NCBI GenBank assembly: GCA_965198115.1
Contig: OZ240241.1
Span: 640,001-704,000 of the forward strand
Direction: 5' to 3'
DNA: 64,000 nt
From: Candidatus Latescibacterota bacterium
Lineage (GTDB): Bacteria > Latescibacterota > UBA2968
Shown here: piece by piece, positions 1 to 8,815 of the stretch
Position numbering within the stretch: position 1 is the stretch's first letter
Layout: every line of letters starts with the position of its first letter
The notes under the pieces: model-generated
The model's input: the letters and a program-made list of their open reading frames with translations, nothing else
Database searches by the model: none
What the model was told of the DNA's origin: nothing
Program-made: the position numbers and the translations under genes

Positions 1-1
1 C

Positions 2-241
2 AATTCGCGTGTCCTCGAAACCGACGGTGAAGATATGGTTGCTCGCGATCACGAATGTTACTTCTCGTCGGCTCACGCGGCAAAGGACTCGGGAATCGCC
101 CTCGATCTGGCTGAGGACGAAGGGTTGAATCTTCCGTTGGCGAAGGCCACCAAGGCCCAGTTCGACAAGATGATCGAAGTCGGAAAGGGCGAGCTCGACA
201 AGTCGGGCGTCGCCGAGTTGACGTTCCCCGGTCGAAGTTGA
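2..241 (+). CDS. NAD(P)-dependent beta-hydroxyacid dehydrogenase family protein, C-terminal part (runs in from the window edge)
   Basis: Frame open from base 2. FSSAHAAKDSGIALDLA...LPLAKAT...GELDKSG resembles the C-terminal helical domain of the 3-hydroxyisobutyrate/6PGD-like family. Confidence 0.7.
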   Translation, partial: NSRVLETDGEDMVARDHECYFSSAHAAKDSGIALDLAEDEGLNLPLAKATKAQFDKMIEVGKGELDKSGVAELTFPGRS

Positions 242-259
242 CGGGTTCGTCAGGGGGCT

Positions 260-649
260 ATGGTGTTATCTCGCATTTACAGGAAGCTGGCGAATCGGCG
301 TAAGGAAAGCGATCGGGTTCCACTCGCCCTGAAAGTCCAAACCACGGACTCGGGAGGCGAGGCGGTCGAGATGATGTCGGAAGACATCAGCGAGACGGGT
401 ATCCGTCTCCACTTCCAGCAGTGGACGATTGCCGACTTTCTGGGCCAGGAGGAGATTCCGCTCGAAGTGTTTATGGAGCCGGAAGTGCCGCCTGTAAAGC
501 TCCAGGCCCGGCTGGTGTGGGCGTTCAACGCAGGAAACGGAGGCTCCGTGAGCGGGTGGCAGTTCCTGGAGTTCAAGGGCCGCTCTCTCAGACGCTTTCG
601 GAACTTTATCGGACGCAAAGAAGGTGGGGATATCGACGTTGAGGGGTGA
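260..649 (+). CDS. PilZ domain protein
   Basis: RRKESDR (RxxxR) and DISETG (DxSxxG) c-di-GMP-binding motifs; 129 aa. Confidence 0.8.
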   Translation: MVLSRIYRKLANRRKESDRVPLALKVQTTDSGGEAVEMMSEDISETGIRLHFQQWTIADFLGQEEIPLEVFMEPEVPPVKLQARLVWAFNAGNGGSVSGWQFLEFKGRSLRRFRNFIGRKEGGDIDVEG

Positions 650-1233
650 TGGTCAGACGCCTGTATGATTGGGTGATGGGGTGGTCGGAAAGTCGCTTCG
701 CGACGCCCGCCCTGTTCGCCATTGCTTTCGCCGAATCCTCGTTTTTCCCGATACCGCCCGATGTGTTGCTGATGGCACTCGCCATCTCGGCACCACATCG
801 GGCGCTTTTTTATGCGGCCGTCTGCACCGCAGGATCCGTAACCGGCGGTTTGCTCGGTTACGCGATCGGCGTGTATGCTTACGAGCTGGTTGGTGAGCCG
901 ATCATCGCTTTCTACGGAGCAGCGGACAAGTATGAATACGTGCGACTCCAATACCAGGCCAATGCGTTCACGTTTATTGCGATAGCGGGATTCACGCCGA
1001 TTCCATATAAAGTCTTTACGATTGCAGCTGGCGCGACACAAGTCCCGATACCCACACTGGTTGGTGCCTCCATTCTCAGTCGAGGTGCTCGTTTCTTCAT
1101 CGTATGCGGCCTGATTCGCCTATTTGGCCCGCAAATCAAAGCGTTGATCGACCGTTACTTCAACCTCCTCTCGATCGTGTTCGTCATCCTGTTGGTCGGC
1201 GGCTTCCTCATCGTCCGCTGGGTCTCCCATTGA
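646..1233 (+). CDS. YqaA/DedA (VTT domain) membrane protein
   Basis: FAESSFFPIPPD and GFTPIPYKVFTI motifs with hydrophobic segments. Confidence 0.9.
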   Translation: MMVRRLYDWVMGWSESRFATPALFAIAFAESSFFPIPPDVLLMALAISAPHRALFYAAVCTAGSVTGGLLGYAIGVYAYELVGEPIIAFYGAADKYEYVRLQYQANAFTFIAIAGFTPIPYKVFTIAAGATQVPIPTLVGASILSRGARFFIVCGLIRLFGPQIKALIDRYFNLLSIVFVILLVGGFLIVRWVSH

Positions 1234-1522
1234 GAGTCAATACGAAGCTGCGAAAGTGCCGTCACACTGAGTGCGAGCCTGCCCCGAACGAAGGCAAGGG
1301 GAAGTATCGGGTATCTGACACGATTACACCGCTCATCCCGAAGGACCTCATCGTTCAAGCTATTAGAGCCTCAACTGTTAGATTTAGGAATTGCAGGTTG
1401 TATCGAGGGACGAGCGGCATTGTTGCCCGCTTTCCTGACGTCTGACAGCTGACGACTGGGCCTGCGAGCGCAGCGAGCAGGCCACTCACTCCTGGGCGCG
1501 GCTGATCAGAGACAGCCCAATC

Positions 1523-1551
1523 TTGTCAGGATTTCGCGTATCCTGTATATT
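1523..1551 (+). promoter_or_regulatory. sigma70-type promoter of tRNA-Pro
   Basis: TTGTCA (1523-1528), 17-bp spacer, TATATT (1546-1551), then a GC-rich discriminator; tRNA starts at 1570. Confidence 0.65.
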
Positions 1552-1569
1552 CAGCCGCGCAAAAGGTGA

Positions 1570-1646
1570 CGGGGCGTGGCTCAGCCCGGTAGAGCGCCTG
1601 CTTCGGGAGCAGGAGGCCGAAGGTTCAAATCCTTTCGCCCCGACCA
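1570..1646 (+). tRNA. tRNA-Pro (anticodon CGG)
   Basis: 77-nt cloverleaf: acceptor CGGGGCG/CGCCCCG, D arm GCTC/GAGC, anticodon stem CCTGC/GCAGG with loop TTCGGGA, T loop TTCAAAT, encoded CCA. Confidence 0.97.
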
Positions 1647-1647
1647 A
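1601..1647 (+). repeat. attL core (47 bp, tRNA 3' half)
   Basis: CTTCGGGAGCAGGAGGCCGAAGGTTCAAATCCTTTCGCCCCGACCAA is identical to 44422-44468. Confidence 0.95.
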
Positions 1648-1650
1648 TAA

Positions 1651-1689
1651 AAACAAAGGGTTACGTCATATAGACGTAACCCTTTGTTT
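1651..1689. terminator. Hairpin terminator after tRNA, probably bidirectional
   Basis: Perfect 17-bp inverted repeat AAACAAAGGGTTACGTC/GACGTAACCCTTTGTTT with a 5-nt loop. Confidence 0.75.
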
Positions 1690-1829
1690 ATGGAGACTGC
1701 CATTTCAGTGCCAAATCAGAAGCGGAAAGGCCCGAGTTTCCAGATCTTGTTTCTTTACGAACGTGCTTTTGTAGTAGGCCTTGCGTGCGGAGTCACCGAC
1801 CAGGGCCAGGGTTCGAGTAGGCCGATCGG

Positions 1830-2555
1830 TCACCGGTGTATCTGGCTGTCCGCTTCTAAGTCTTCGCCATAGGACCTGATCGCTTCATTACCGATCTCTT
1901 CCCGGCGTAACTCGCGCCAGTTGCTCCAGCGATCAAATAGGAAGCGTGAGATCAACCCAACAAGACATCCCAAGGTTAAACCAAGCAGTGGTGCCGAGAA
2001 AGACGGGAAGTAGACAGATGCAGAACCAGAGACAAGCACCACTAACAGCTTGGGAATGTAGAATAGCCTGGGGGGAAGGTGGAGCGGCCCGAACCTATAC
2101 GGCATGAAAGCAAGCGCAAACCCTGAGATAGCCGCGATTACTAACAGGACCATGTCTGGATTCTGAGACATGTAGTCCGCCATCCGGACCTTGAATATTT
2201 TCTGGTAAAAAAAGAGGAGCAACGAGAGAGCGCCGAGAAATATCCCAGACCCGAGGTCCATTCGTGCCCACCAACACGTCTTCAGTTCACCGTCGCATAA
2301 TTCCCAGTCGATCTTGGTCTTCCATCCAAAGTAGATGACGATGAAGCACATTGCCCATGGTATGGCCTGCTTGCTGATCAGGCTGTCGACGAAGCCGGCG
2401 GCGAGCCCGCCGCCCTTCGCCAGCTTGTCTAGGTCGATCCCGATGAACGCCCATACGAGCAGGAATGCGCTCCACAGCACAAGCTGCCTACGCGATTTGT
2501 GGTAGGTGCCCGAGAGCTCTGGGCGAATCTGAGAAGCCTGCTGCTTGGTGCCCAT
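1830..2555 (-). CDS. Hypothetical multi-pass membrane protein (prophage accessory gene)
   Basis: 241-aa ORF with about six hydrophobic segments, lower GC, between att and integrase. Confidence 0.7.
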   Translation of the reverse strand: MGTKQQASQIRPELSGTYHKSRRQLVLWSAFLLVWAFIGIDLDKLAKGGGLAAGFVDSLISKQAIPWAMCFIVIYFGWKTKIDWELCDGELKTCWWARMDLGSGIFLGALSLLLFFYQKIFKVRMADYMSQNPDMVLLVIAAISGFALAFMPYRFGPLHLPPRLFYIPKLLVVLVSGSASVYFPSFSAPLLGLTLGCLVGLISRFLFDRWSNWRELRREEIGNEAIRSYGEDLEADSQIHR

Positions 2556-2633
2556 ACTCGAATTCCCTCGAGGTTGCCCCTTGCGGTGTTCCCCAGAAAT
2601 TGGACATCGTCCTCTGAATGGTCTGCGCCCCCT

Positions 2634-3905
2634 CTACTTCTCCTTGAGCTCGGCATTCTCTGATCGCAGCATCTCCACTTCCTTTGTCAACTTGTCCAGC
2701 TCAGCCATCAGCTTCGTTCTGTCGAACGCCTCCACCCGGGCGACCTTCCCGCGCTCGATTCGATCGAGCACCGACTCTTGGCTGAAATCCAGGAGGTCCA
2801 CGACCCAGTTATAGGACTGCGGCGTCAGGTGGCTGTAGATCTTCGTGACTTCGAGGTCCGAATGCCCGAGCAGCTCGCCGACGATGTAGAGCGAGACACC
2901 GCGCTGGACCAGGTTGCTCGCGAACGTGTGTCTCAACGAATGAACCGTCAACGACTTCGGCAGCCCGGCGTCCTTCACCCACCTCGCGAACCTCCGAGTG
3001 ACGGTGTCCTTCCACCAGGGTGAGGGCTTCGGCTTTCCGTATTTGTCGTGAGCTGGGAATATCAGATCGGACGCCTGGAGTGCCTTGCTCGCCTTCCTGT
3101 TATTGAAGCGAGCGACAAGCAGGTCCAGTAGAGGTTCGCTGATCGGAACCGCTCGAGGTCGCCCAGACTTCGTGCGGTGATTGTATTTCGATTTCCTGCC
3201 CGGGATCCGGATCGTCTGGCCATTCAGGTCGACGTCGGTCCATTCGCAGTAGATGCCCTCGTTTCTCCGCATTCCCGTGTAGAGGTAGAACATCGCCTGG
3301 TCGACGAGCTCCTGATCGGCCGGTGCCTTCTCGAGCAGTTTTACGAGCTGGGGGTCGTCGAAATACTCGACGTCCTCTGCTTCGGCTTCCTGGGGCCGCT
3401 CCACGTCGCTGAACGGGTTGGCCGAAGAATTACCCCAGGACACCGCTCGATTCCAGGCGGCGTGCAACGCACGGAAGTAGATCGCCAGCGTGTTCCTCGA
3501 TCGACCCTTCTTCTCGCCCTGCGGTTCGAGGATGAAGACCTTCCACTTCTCAACGTCCCGCTTCGAGATGTCGTCGATCACCGGATCTTTCTTCCCGAAG
3601 AACGTCTCCAGCGAGCGGAAAGCGGACCGCGCGCCTTCGGCCGTCTTCGGGGTCTCCGGAAAGGTGACCGCCATGAACTGCACGTACTTCTCGTGGAATT
3701 CAGAGAGTGGGATGCGCTCGACGTGAGGACCGTCGGTCTCGGGAGGGGAGATGCCGAACTTCGCGCGACGCATCCGCTGCTCGATCTCACCGGCGATGAA
3801 TCTCGCCTCCTCGAAGTCCGGCGTGCCGGTGGAGCGGCGGCCAGCGCCATACTCCCGCAGGTCGACGTAGTAGTTAGCCGACTTCTTGTCGCGAAAAAGC
3901 CTCAC
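2634..3905 (-). CDS. int: Tyrosine integrase
   Basis: Catalytic residues in TGMRRNE (R), RTKSG (K), HSLRH (HxxR), LGHSD (H) and IYSH (Y); N-terminal arm-binding-like RRSTGT; next to attL. Confidence 0.95.
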   Translation of the reverse strand: MRLFRDKKSANYYVDLREYGAGRRSTGTPDFEEARFIAGEIEQRMRRAKFGISPPETDGPHVERIPLSEFHEKYVQFMAVTFPETPKTAEGARSAFRSLETFFGKKDPVIDDISKRDVEKWKVFILEPQGEKKGRSRNTLAIYFRALHAAWNRAVSWGNSSANPFSDVERPQEAEAEDVEYFDDPQLVKLLEKAPADQELVDQAMFYLYTGMRRNEGIYCEWTDVDLNGQTIRIPGRKSKYNHRTKSGRPRAVPISEPLLDLLVARFNNRKASKALQASDLIFPAHDKYGKPKPSPWWKDTVTRRFARWVKDAGLPKSLTVHSLRHTFASNLVQRGVSLYIVGELLGHSDLEVTKIYSHLTPQSYNWVVDLLDFSQESVLDRIERGKVARVEAFDRTKLMAELDKLTKEVEMLRSENAELKEK

Positions 3906-3913
3906 TTCAACAT

Positions 3914-4255
3914 CTATGGGAAGAAAGCGATCTTGATCAGCAACCCCACGATAATTGGGCCGTATCCGAACTTCAGCACCGCCAGATCGCGTTCGATCTT
4001 GACGAACCGTCCATCAATCCCGATGAATCGCTCATCGATCTTGGTGAATCGTTCGTCGACCTTGGTGAAGCGCTCATCGATGGCGGCTTTCAGTTCGGTT
4101 AGGTCCGCGTCGATGGCGGCTTTCAGTTCAGCCAGGTCCTCTTTCGTGGCCAGCCGCTCGGCCAGCGGGATAGCTCCCGCCGCAGCCTTCGCCTTCTCCT
4201 CGGACGCGCCGGCCTCGATCAGCGCATCGTAGACTTCCGAAACGATCAGGCTCAT
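3914..4255 (-). CDS. Small coiled-coil protein with C-terminal TM segment (DUF1640/CCDC90-like)
   Basis: YDALIEAGASEEKAKAAA...LATKEDL, tandem ELKAAID and ERFTKxD repeats, hydrophobic tail. Confidence 0.65.
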   Translation of the reverse strand: MSLIVSEVYDALIEAGASEEKAKAAAGAIPLAERLATKEDLAELKAAIDADLTELKAAIDERFTKVDERFTKIDERFIGIDGRFVKIERDLAVLKFGYGPIIVGLLIKIAFFP

Positions 4256-4308
4256 CGCTTATCCCTTCGGTTACTCTTATATTCAGAGTCAGTTCAAAAC
4301 CTTGAAAG

Positions 4309-4836
4309 GTGAACATGGAATCAATTGATCCGACCGACCGTGACATTCAGGTGACGCCCAATGATCTCGAAAGCCAGTATCCATCGGTAGACCTGGCGTA
4401 CGAGCTGGGCGTCAGTTCATACGAAACGGCGTTGAAGCGGTGGGACGCGATGGAGGGCCGCATCACCACGCTGGTGTCAATCGCGGTCTCTCTGACGCTC
4501 GCCATTCCCGTGCTGTCAAAGGCGTTGAAGTTGGCGATAGAACCACCCTGGATCGTCCTCACGCTGCTGGTTTTTCTGGGAGCGATGGCAAGCTGCCTGT
4601 CCGGCCGTCTATACGGCACGATCAAGCTGGTTGACCCCGGCGTGCTCTATGAGAACTACCTGGACGACTCGCACTGGGAGTTCAAGAAGAACTTCATCTA
4701 CTGGGCGGGCGTCCACTTTCGCGCCAACGTGAAAGTCATCGAAACGAAATGGCGACTCTACGCGGTGGCTACTTTTCTCCTGTGCCTCGAGATGGTTTTG
4801 GTGATTCTCTGGGTCTCCCCGATCTGGTCTCGATAG
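4309..4836 (+). CDS. Hypothetical 3-TM membrane protein
   Basis: 175-aa ORF with three hydrophobic helices; probable start ATG 4315. Confidence 0.65.
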   Translation: MNMESIDPTDRDIQVTPNDLESQYPSVDLAYELGVSSYETALKRWDAMEGRITTLVSIAVSLTLAIPVLSKALKLAIEPPWIVLTLLVFLGAMASCLSGRLYGTIKLVDPGVLYENYLDDSHWEFKKNFIYWAGVHFRANVKVIETKWRLYAVATFLLCLEMVLVILWVSPIWSR

Positions 4837-4928
4837 CCGTATCAGGCTTGCGGGGAGAATAACCAGCAGAGTAGCTTGTGAAATGACAGACATTCCGGTA
4901 AATGATCGCAAGGTTGCTGGCATTAAAA

Positions 4929-5572
4929 TCACTCCCGAGATGATTTCGGCGGGCGTTCAGGCTTTGGCTGTTCGTGTTCCCTTCGATGTCGCATTCCCGA
5001 TTGGCGGGGAAGAATCCGTCGTTGAGGAGGTTCTCTCAGCAGCTCTTCGAGAGCGCCTTCACGTCGATTGAAACAATCCTGAAGGTGAACAAGTGCTTGG
5101 CAATGATCTGTAACATCCCTGATGACATCCCAGATCTCCAGCAGTTCATCCTCATGGATATCGCGGGGCAACCAATTAAGCGGTTTACGGGCTTGAGGCC
5201 GAAAGGTACGAGGCCTGTGTTCGAAGCGTGCAACGGTTTCAGTATCATCCCAATAGACCCACATGTCGTGGACATATCGATTGCGTCGGGGCCGCAGAAT
5301 ATCATTGATGTAATCCAGCACATCGGCAGCAGCTTCCGGCAATTCAGACTGTCTCGTTTTGCCACATACGCTAATTTGATGGCTGTGATTTGATCGCGCA
5401 TATCGAAACAATGAGCAATACCGAAACTACTATTATCCAGTGGCATTTCGCTAACAACCATAAAAAGACACCGAATGGCCGATTCGAGGTTTGCCCAGCT
5501 ATTACAGAGTGTTCCCACAGCGATCGCATACGGTATGAGTTCTGGATCAACCAAGTCTTCGGGATAATCCAT
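4929..5572 (-). pseudogene. HEPN-like (RxxxxH) protein split by a one-base frameshift near 5355
   Basis: MDYPEDLVD...AVGTLCNSWANLE...IKLAYVAK in one frame continues as TRQSELP...RPRRNRYVHDMW in the -1 frame. Confidence 0.55.
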
Positions 5573-5591
5573 AGCGAGACTCTTCTGCCTC

Positions 5592-5771
5592 TCAGTTCCC
5601 AGCTGCCGCGATCGCCTCGCGCAACCCCTCCAGCTTGGCCATCCCGTGCTCCACCGTGCAAAGACGCGTCTCAATCCCATCAATACGATCCCGCAGATCC
5701 TTGAACAGCTTCAGCGTCAGCGCCGCCAGCGCCGAGCCCACACTCAGGATACCGATCAACTCAGCGCTCAT
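5592..5771 (-). CDS. 59-aa TM plus coiled-coil peptide (not in the ORF track)
   Basis: Hand translation MSAELIGILSVGSALAALTLKLFKDLRDRIDGIETRLCTVEHGMAKLEGLREAIAAAGN, with a G-rich RBS. Confidence 0.65.
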   Translation of the reverse strand: MSAELIGILSVGSALAALTLKLFKDLRDRIDGIETRLCTVEHGMAKLEGLREAIAAAGN

Positions 5772-5807
5772 ATTTCCCCCTATTTGGTCACGGTTTTAGA
5801 ACCGAGT

Positions 5808-6011
5808 TTACCCCCTTATCACCCTACCACTTCCCCCAGCCTTCGGGTCCTTGAGCTTCAGGACTCCAGGCGGATAGCTCGCAGATTGCGGTTTGTTCTC
5901 ATTGTCAAACCACCTGACGCTCAAGTGGCCCTTATCGTCGATATACGACACAGTCATGTCAGGTCCGCCTGACTTCAACGTAACAACGTCACCAACTTTG
6001 AATTCTGCCAT
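5808..6011 (-). CDS. YodC/DUF2158 family protein
   Basis: FKVGDVVTLKSGGPDMTV...WF signature. Confidence 0.9.
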   Translation of the reverse strand: MAEFKVGDVVTLKSGGPDMTVSYIDDKGHLSVRWFDNENKPQSASYPPGVLKLKDPKAGGSGRVIRG

Positions 6012-6294
6012 CTCGATTCTCCTTTCGCCCCCGCGGATATGCCAGGGCCTCCACCCCTATCTGCCGGTTTTTCAGGCAGATAATCGCCGGTCATCAATCG
6101 GAGGGTCTTCAATGTTGGCGGGAGGGGCCGTTGTAGGATCGGTCGGATTTCAACCTCTGAATCTCCTTCTGTAGTTCCTCAGACAAGACAGGGGTATGGG
6201 TCAGGGGGCCGAATTTGCGGTGTGAGGTCTTGGGATGATGGGACTGAGGTGGTCTGGTCTGGCAGGTGTCTTTTCCAACTGCGCCGCGTCAACC

Positions 6295-6756
6295 CTATGT
6301 CTCATCAACAACACATTCACAAGTTTCGTTTCCCATGAACCACACTCTGCGAAAACGACCAGTGTCACTACTGAATGAATCTTGAATTGAAGGAATACTC
6401 ATGTCTGGCGGCTGCACGCCGTCTGTGTAGAAAAGAAGCTCGATTGGATAGTCAGTCCGGTAGTTCTTAGATTTTTTTATTTTCTTCCTTGCGATTTCAG
6501 GTACAGGATTACCCGACCGAGTATAGTTCGATACACCCCCCGTCGAAAGTGCATGAGAAATCGCGCTATCAATTTCTGGGGAACAAACTTCAGCGAGTTC
6601 GAACGCAACGCATTCACCAGACACCTTGCAGAGAATGTCGGGCTCCGGAGGATCGCATTTCCTGATTGATTGGCGATCAATCGGCAAACCCGAGCGACTT
6701 ATAAAATCCTCGAATACTTGCAACTCTCTTGCTGCCTTTTTTTCATCATCACTCAT
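6295..6756 (-). CDS. Hypothetical protein, possible PD-(D/E)XK fold
   Basis: 153 aa, low GC, EPDILC...AFELAE pattern. Confidence 0.55.
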   Translation of the reverse strand: MSDDEKKAARELQVFEDFISRSGLPIDRQSIRKCDPPEPDILCKVSGECVAFELAEVCSPEIDSAISHALSTGGVSNYTRSGNPVPEIARKKIKKSKNYRTDYPIELLFYTDGVQPPDMSIPSIQDSFSSDTGRFRRVWFMGNETCECVVDET

Positions 6757-6789
6757 TGCGGAAAACTCCTGTCGTTGCCTGTGAGGGTG

Positions 6790-7050
6790 TCACGCGCAGG
6801 ATCTGGATGGCGTTGTCGAGATTGTTCTGCGTCGCGGCCCAGTCGAGCGCGCCCCCCACGGCACAGGCGCATACTCCGAATTGTCGCTCACCAAAAGCCA
6901 CCCTCCATCCTCATCCTTCCCCGCCCGCTTCACGATCAGGCCCTGGTCGTTGATCACGACGTAGATTTCTGTTTCGAGCCGCGCCGCCCCTTTGCTGTTC
7001 CGTCCGCCGGACCGAGTGCGCCGCCTCTTGATCACCCGTTCCATCTCCAT
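6790..7050 (-). pseudogene. S24 (LexA/cI-type) peptidase-domain fragment, out of frame with the upstream repressor
   Basis: IYVVINDQGLIVKRAG...WLLVSDNSEYAP matches the VKR...L.SDN..Y.P part of the S24 domain. Confidence 0.6.
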
Positions 7051-7465
7051 CGGCCAACTTTCGATCGGGTAAAACAGGATCGGACCTCTCGTCCGTCTCT
7101 GGATCGTCGCGCTTCATTTCCAAGAGCTGTTCCATAAGTTGCTGCAATTGATCGAATCGGTGAGTGTTTCGATCTGCCTGACGAGTCTGGGAGGCTACAA
7201 GCTGCATCAGCAGCTCAATGGCATCCGCATCTGGTCCTGGGCTCTTTTTGGATACCAGATCGACCCAGGGCTTCTTCCTGCCGATGCGAAATTCCAGGCC
7301 TAGCGCCGATGCCACCTCTGCTGCTCGTGACAATTTCGGATCATGTCCGAGCAGGATGCTTCGGATAGCGAGCCTGGGCAACCCCTTGACCGTAGCAGTC
7401 CCAGTGGCTGACCGACCGCCGAGAGCCTCTCGTATCATTTCTTGGAATTCATATAGTGCACTCAT
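6911..7465 (-). CDS. cI-like repressor (N-terminal XRE HTH)
   Basis: Start at ATG 7465; HDPKLSRAAEVASALGLEF HTH end; divergent from a cro-like gene. Confidence 0.7.
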   Translation of the reverse strand: MSALYEFQEMIREALGGRSATGTATVKGLPRLAIRSILLGHDPKLSRAAEVASALGLEFRIGRKKPWVDLVSKKSPGPDADAIELLMQLVASQTRQADRNTHRFDQLQQLMEQLLEMKRDDPETDERSDPVLPDRKLADGDGTGDQEAAHSVRRTEQQRGGAARNRNLRRDQRPGPDREAGGEG

Positions 7466-7546
7466 CGTATAAAATATAGTACAAGGGCCGCGGTGAACAT
7501 AAGAAAACCCTCGACAACCTGTATCGTTTATGATATAATCTATCTC
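7466..7546. promoter_or_regulatory. Divergent immunity/switch region
   Basis: 81-bp AT-rich gap between divergent HTH genes, with TATAAT just before the cro-like ATG. Confidence 0.55.
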
Positions 7547-7807
7547 ATGCAAGATACAATTCAGGTTCGCCGACTGGCTCAGAGGTACGCGGGTGCTCGC
7601 AGAATAGCACTCTCGACCCTTGGGCGTATCGCAATCAAGAATTCCAGTTTTTTTGATCGGCTTGACAGCGGACACGTGACCATCCGTTCGGTCGATCGGA
7701 TGGTTCAGTGGTTTTCGGACAATTGGCCAGAGGGGTTGGAGTGGCCTTCAGACATCGCGCGTCCGGCGCCCACGGCGGAGGCTGAGGCGGTGGAGGAGGG
7801 GGTGTGA
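7547..7807 (+). CDS. Cro-like DNA-binding protein
   Basis: 86 aa, STLGR...FFDRL...WFSDNWP..LEWPSDI.RP pattern of phage Cro-like proteins; divergent from cI. Confidence 0.7.
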   Translation: MQDTIQVRRLAQRYAGARRIALSTLGRIAIKNSSFFDRLDSGHVTIRSVDRMVQWFSDNWPEGLEWPSDIARPAPTAEAEAVEEGV

Positions 7808-7996
7808 GCGTAGAAATGTCGCAGGAGCTATCGACCGGGCTGTCTGAAGCGTTCGGAAGGAAAGTCGATATCGCGGACCTGGATACGACGGAACTGACGG
7901 GGTGGATTCGGTATCTCCAGTTGGCTAGGCATCCTGATCCTGATCGAAGGCCTCGCGAACGATCCGAATGTACCTAAGGAGCTCCTCGGCCTCCTC

Positions 7997-8437
7997 GTGG
8001 TGGCCAGTTTCTTCTGTCGCAACGGCGACAAGCGCAAGTCCAAAAGCGTATTGATTTTCTTCCCAATGGATTTGGCCCACCCTGATCGGGGCCGTCTCAG
8101 TGGGAGCGAAATAACAGGAGAAGGTATCGGAAACCCGATGAGGCCGAAGATATCCCGTGAGCACGGGCGTATGGAGCTGCACGTCCACGGGGGTACGGTG
8201 CGGCTGGTGTTGGAGAACGTCAACCGTGAAGGCGATCACTGGCTGACGTTGGAGCACGGTGTTGGTTCCAGCGCCTCAGTGATCGGTTATCTGCGTCTGA
8301 AGCCTATCGCTGGTGATCGGCATACGTTCGAAGTAGCTGAAGTACGCCCGGCGTGTGGGCCACTGCTTCATTTTCCAGGCGAGTCACCAGCCCCAACCGA
8401 ACGGAGGCCAATGAAGCGCGGTGGAGGGGCTCCGTGA
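7997..8437 (+). CDS. Hypothetical phage protein (start uncertain; possibly frameshifted from GTG 7804)
   Basis: Shares the LENVNREGDxWLTL block with 8812-9054. Confidence 0.45.
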   Translation: MVASFFCRNGDKRKSKSVLIFFPMDLAHPDRGRLSGSEITGEGIGNPMRPKISREHGRMELHVHGGTVRLVLENVNREGDHWLTLEHGVGSSASVIGYLRLKPIAGDRHTFEVAEVRPACGPLLHFPGESPAPTERRPMKRGGGAP

Positions 8438-8494
8438 AGGTGGACGGCGGGCGTCACCGTTTCCAAACATAGTCAAGAGGACGTCGGAGCAAAG

Positions 8495-8815
8495 ATGTCT
8501 ATGACCGCAACCCAGGAGCTGTTGTGTGCGATCCGCGAGACGCTGGTGTGGGAGAAGCCGTTTGTCACGCCCCGTGAGGCTTCAGACGACCAGGGTGTGG
8601 GGATGCTTCCCTGGTCTCAGCGGACGATCGAGCAGATGTGTCGTGACGGAGAGATTCCGGCGCGTAAGAAACGTGGGAAGTGGATGCTGTGTCCGAGCGA
8701 GATCGCTGCGTGGATCGGGCGTCTTCCGCCGAACGTGAGCGCGCGGCGGATCGCGGCCAGCGCGCAGGCGGACGACATTTTGGGTCGGTTGAGGCGAGAG
8801 CGACGGGTGGGATGA
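8495..8815 (+). CDS. Excisionase-like HTH protein
   Basis: TPREA...SQRTIEQMCRDGEIPARK.RGKW, a MerR/HTH_17-like pattern; GGAG RBS. Confidence 0.75.
   Translation: MSMTATQELLCAIRETLVWEKPFVTPREASDDQGVGMLPWSQRTIEQMCRDGEIPARKKRGKWMLCPSEIAAWIGRLPPNVSARRIAASAQADDILGRLRRERRVG

Noticed and set aside
1459-1483. Short inverted repeat GGCCTGC/GCAGGCC upstream of the tRNA promoter
   Set aside because: Single 7-bp stem with no second copy seen; cannot be called a REP element or terminator.
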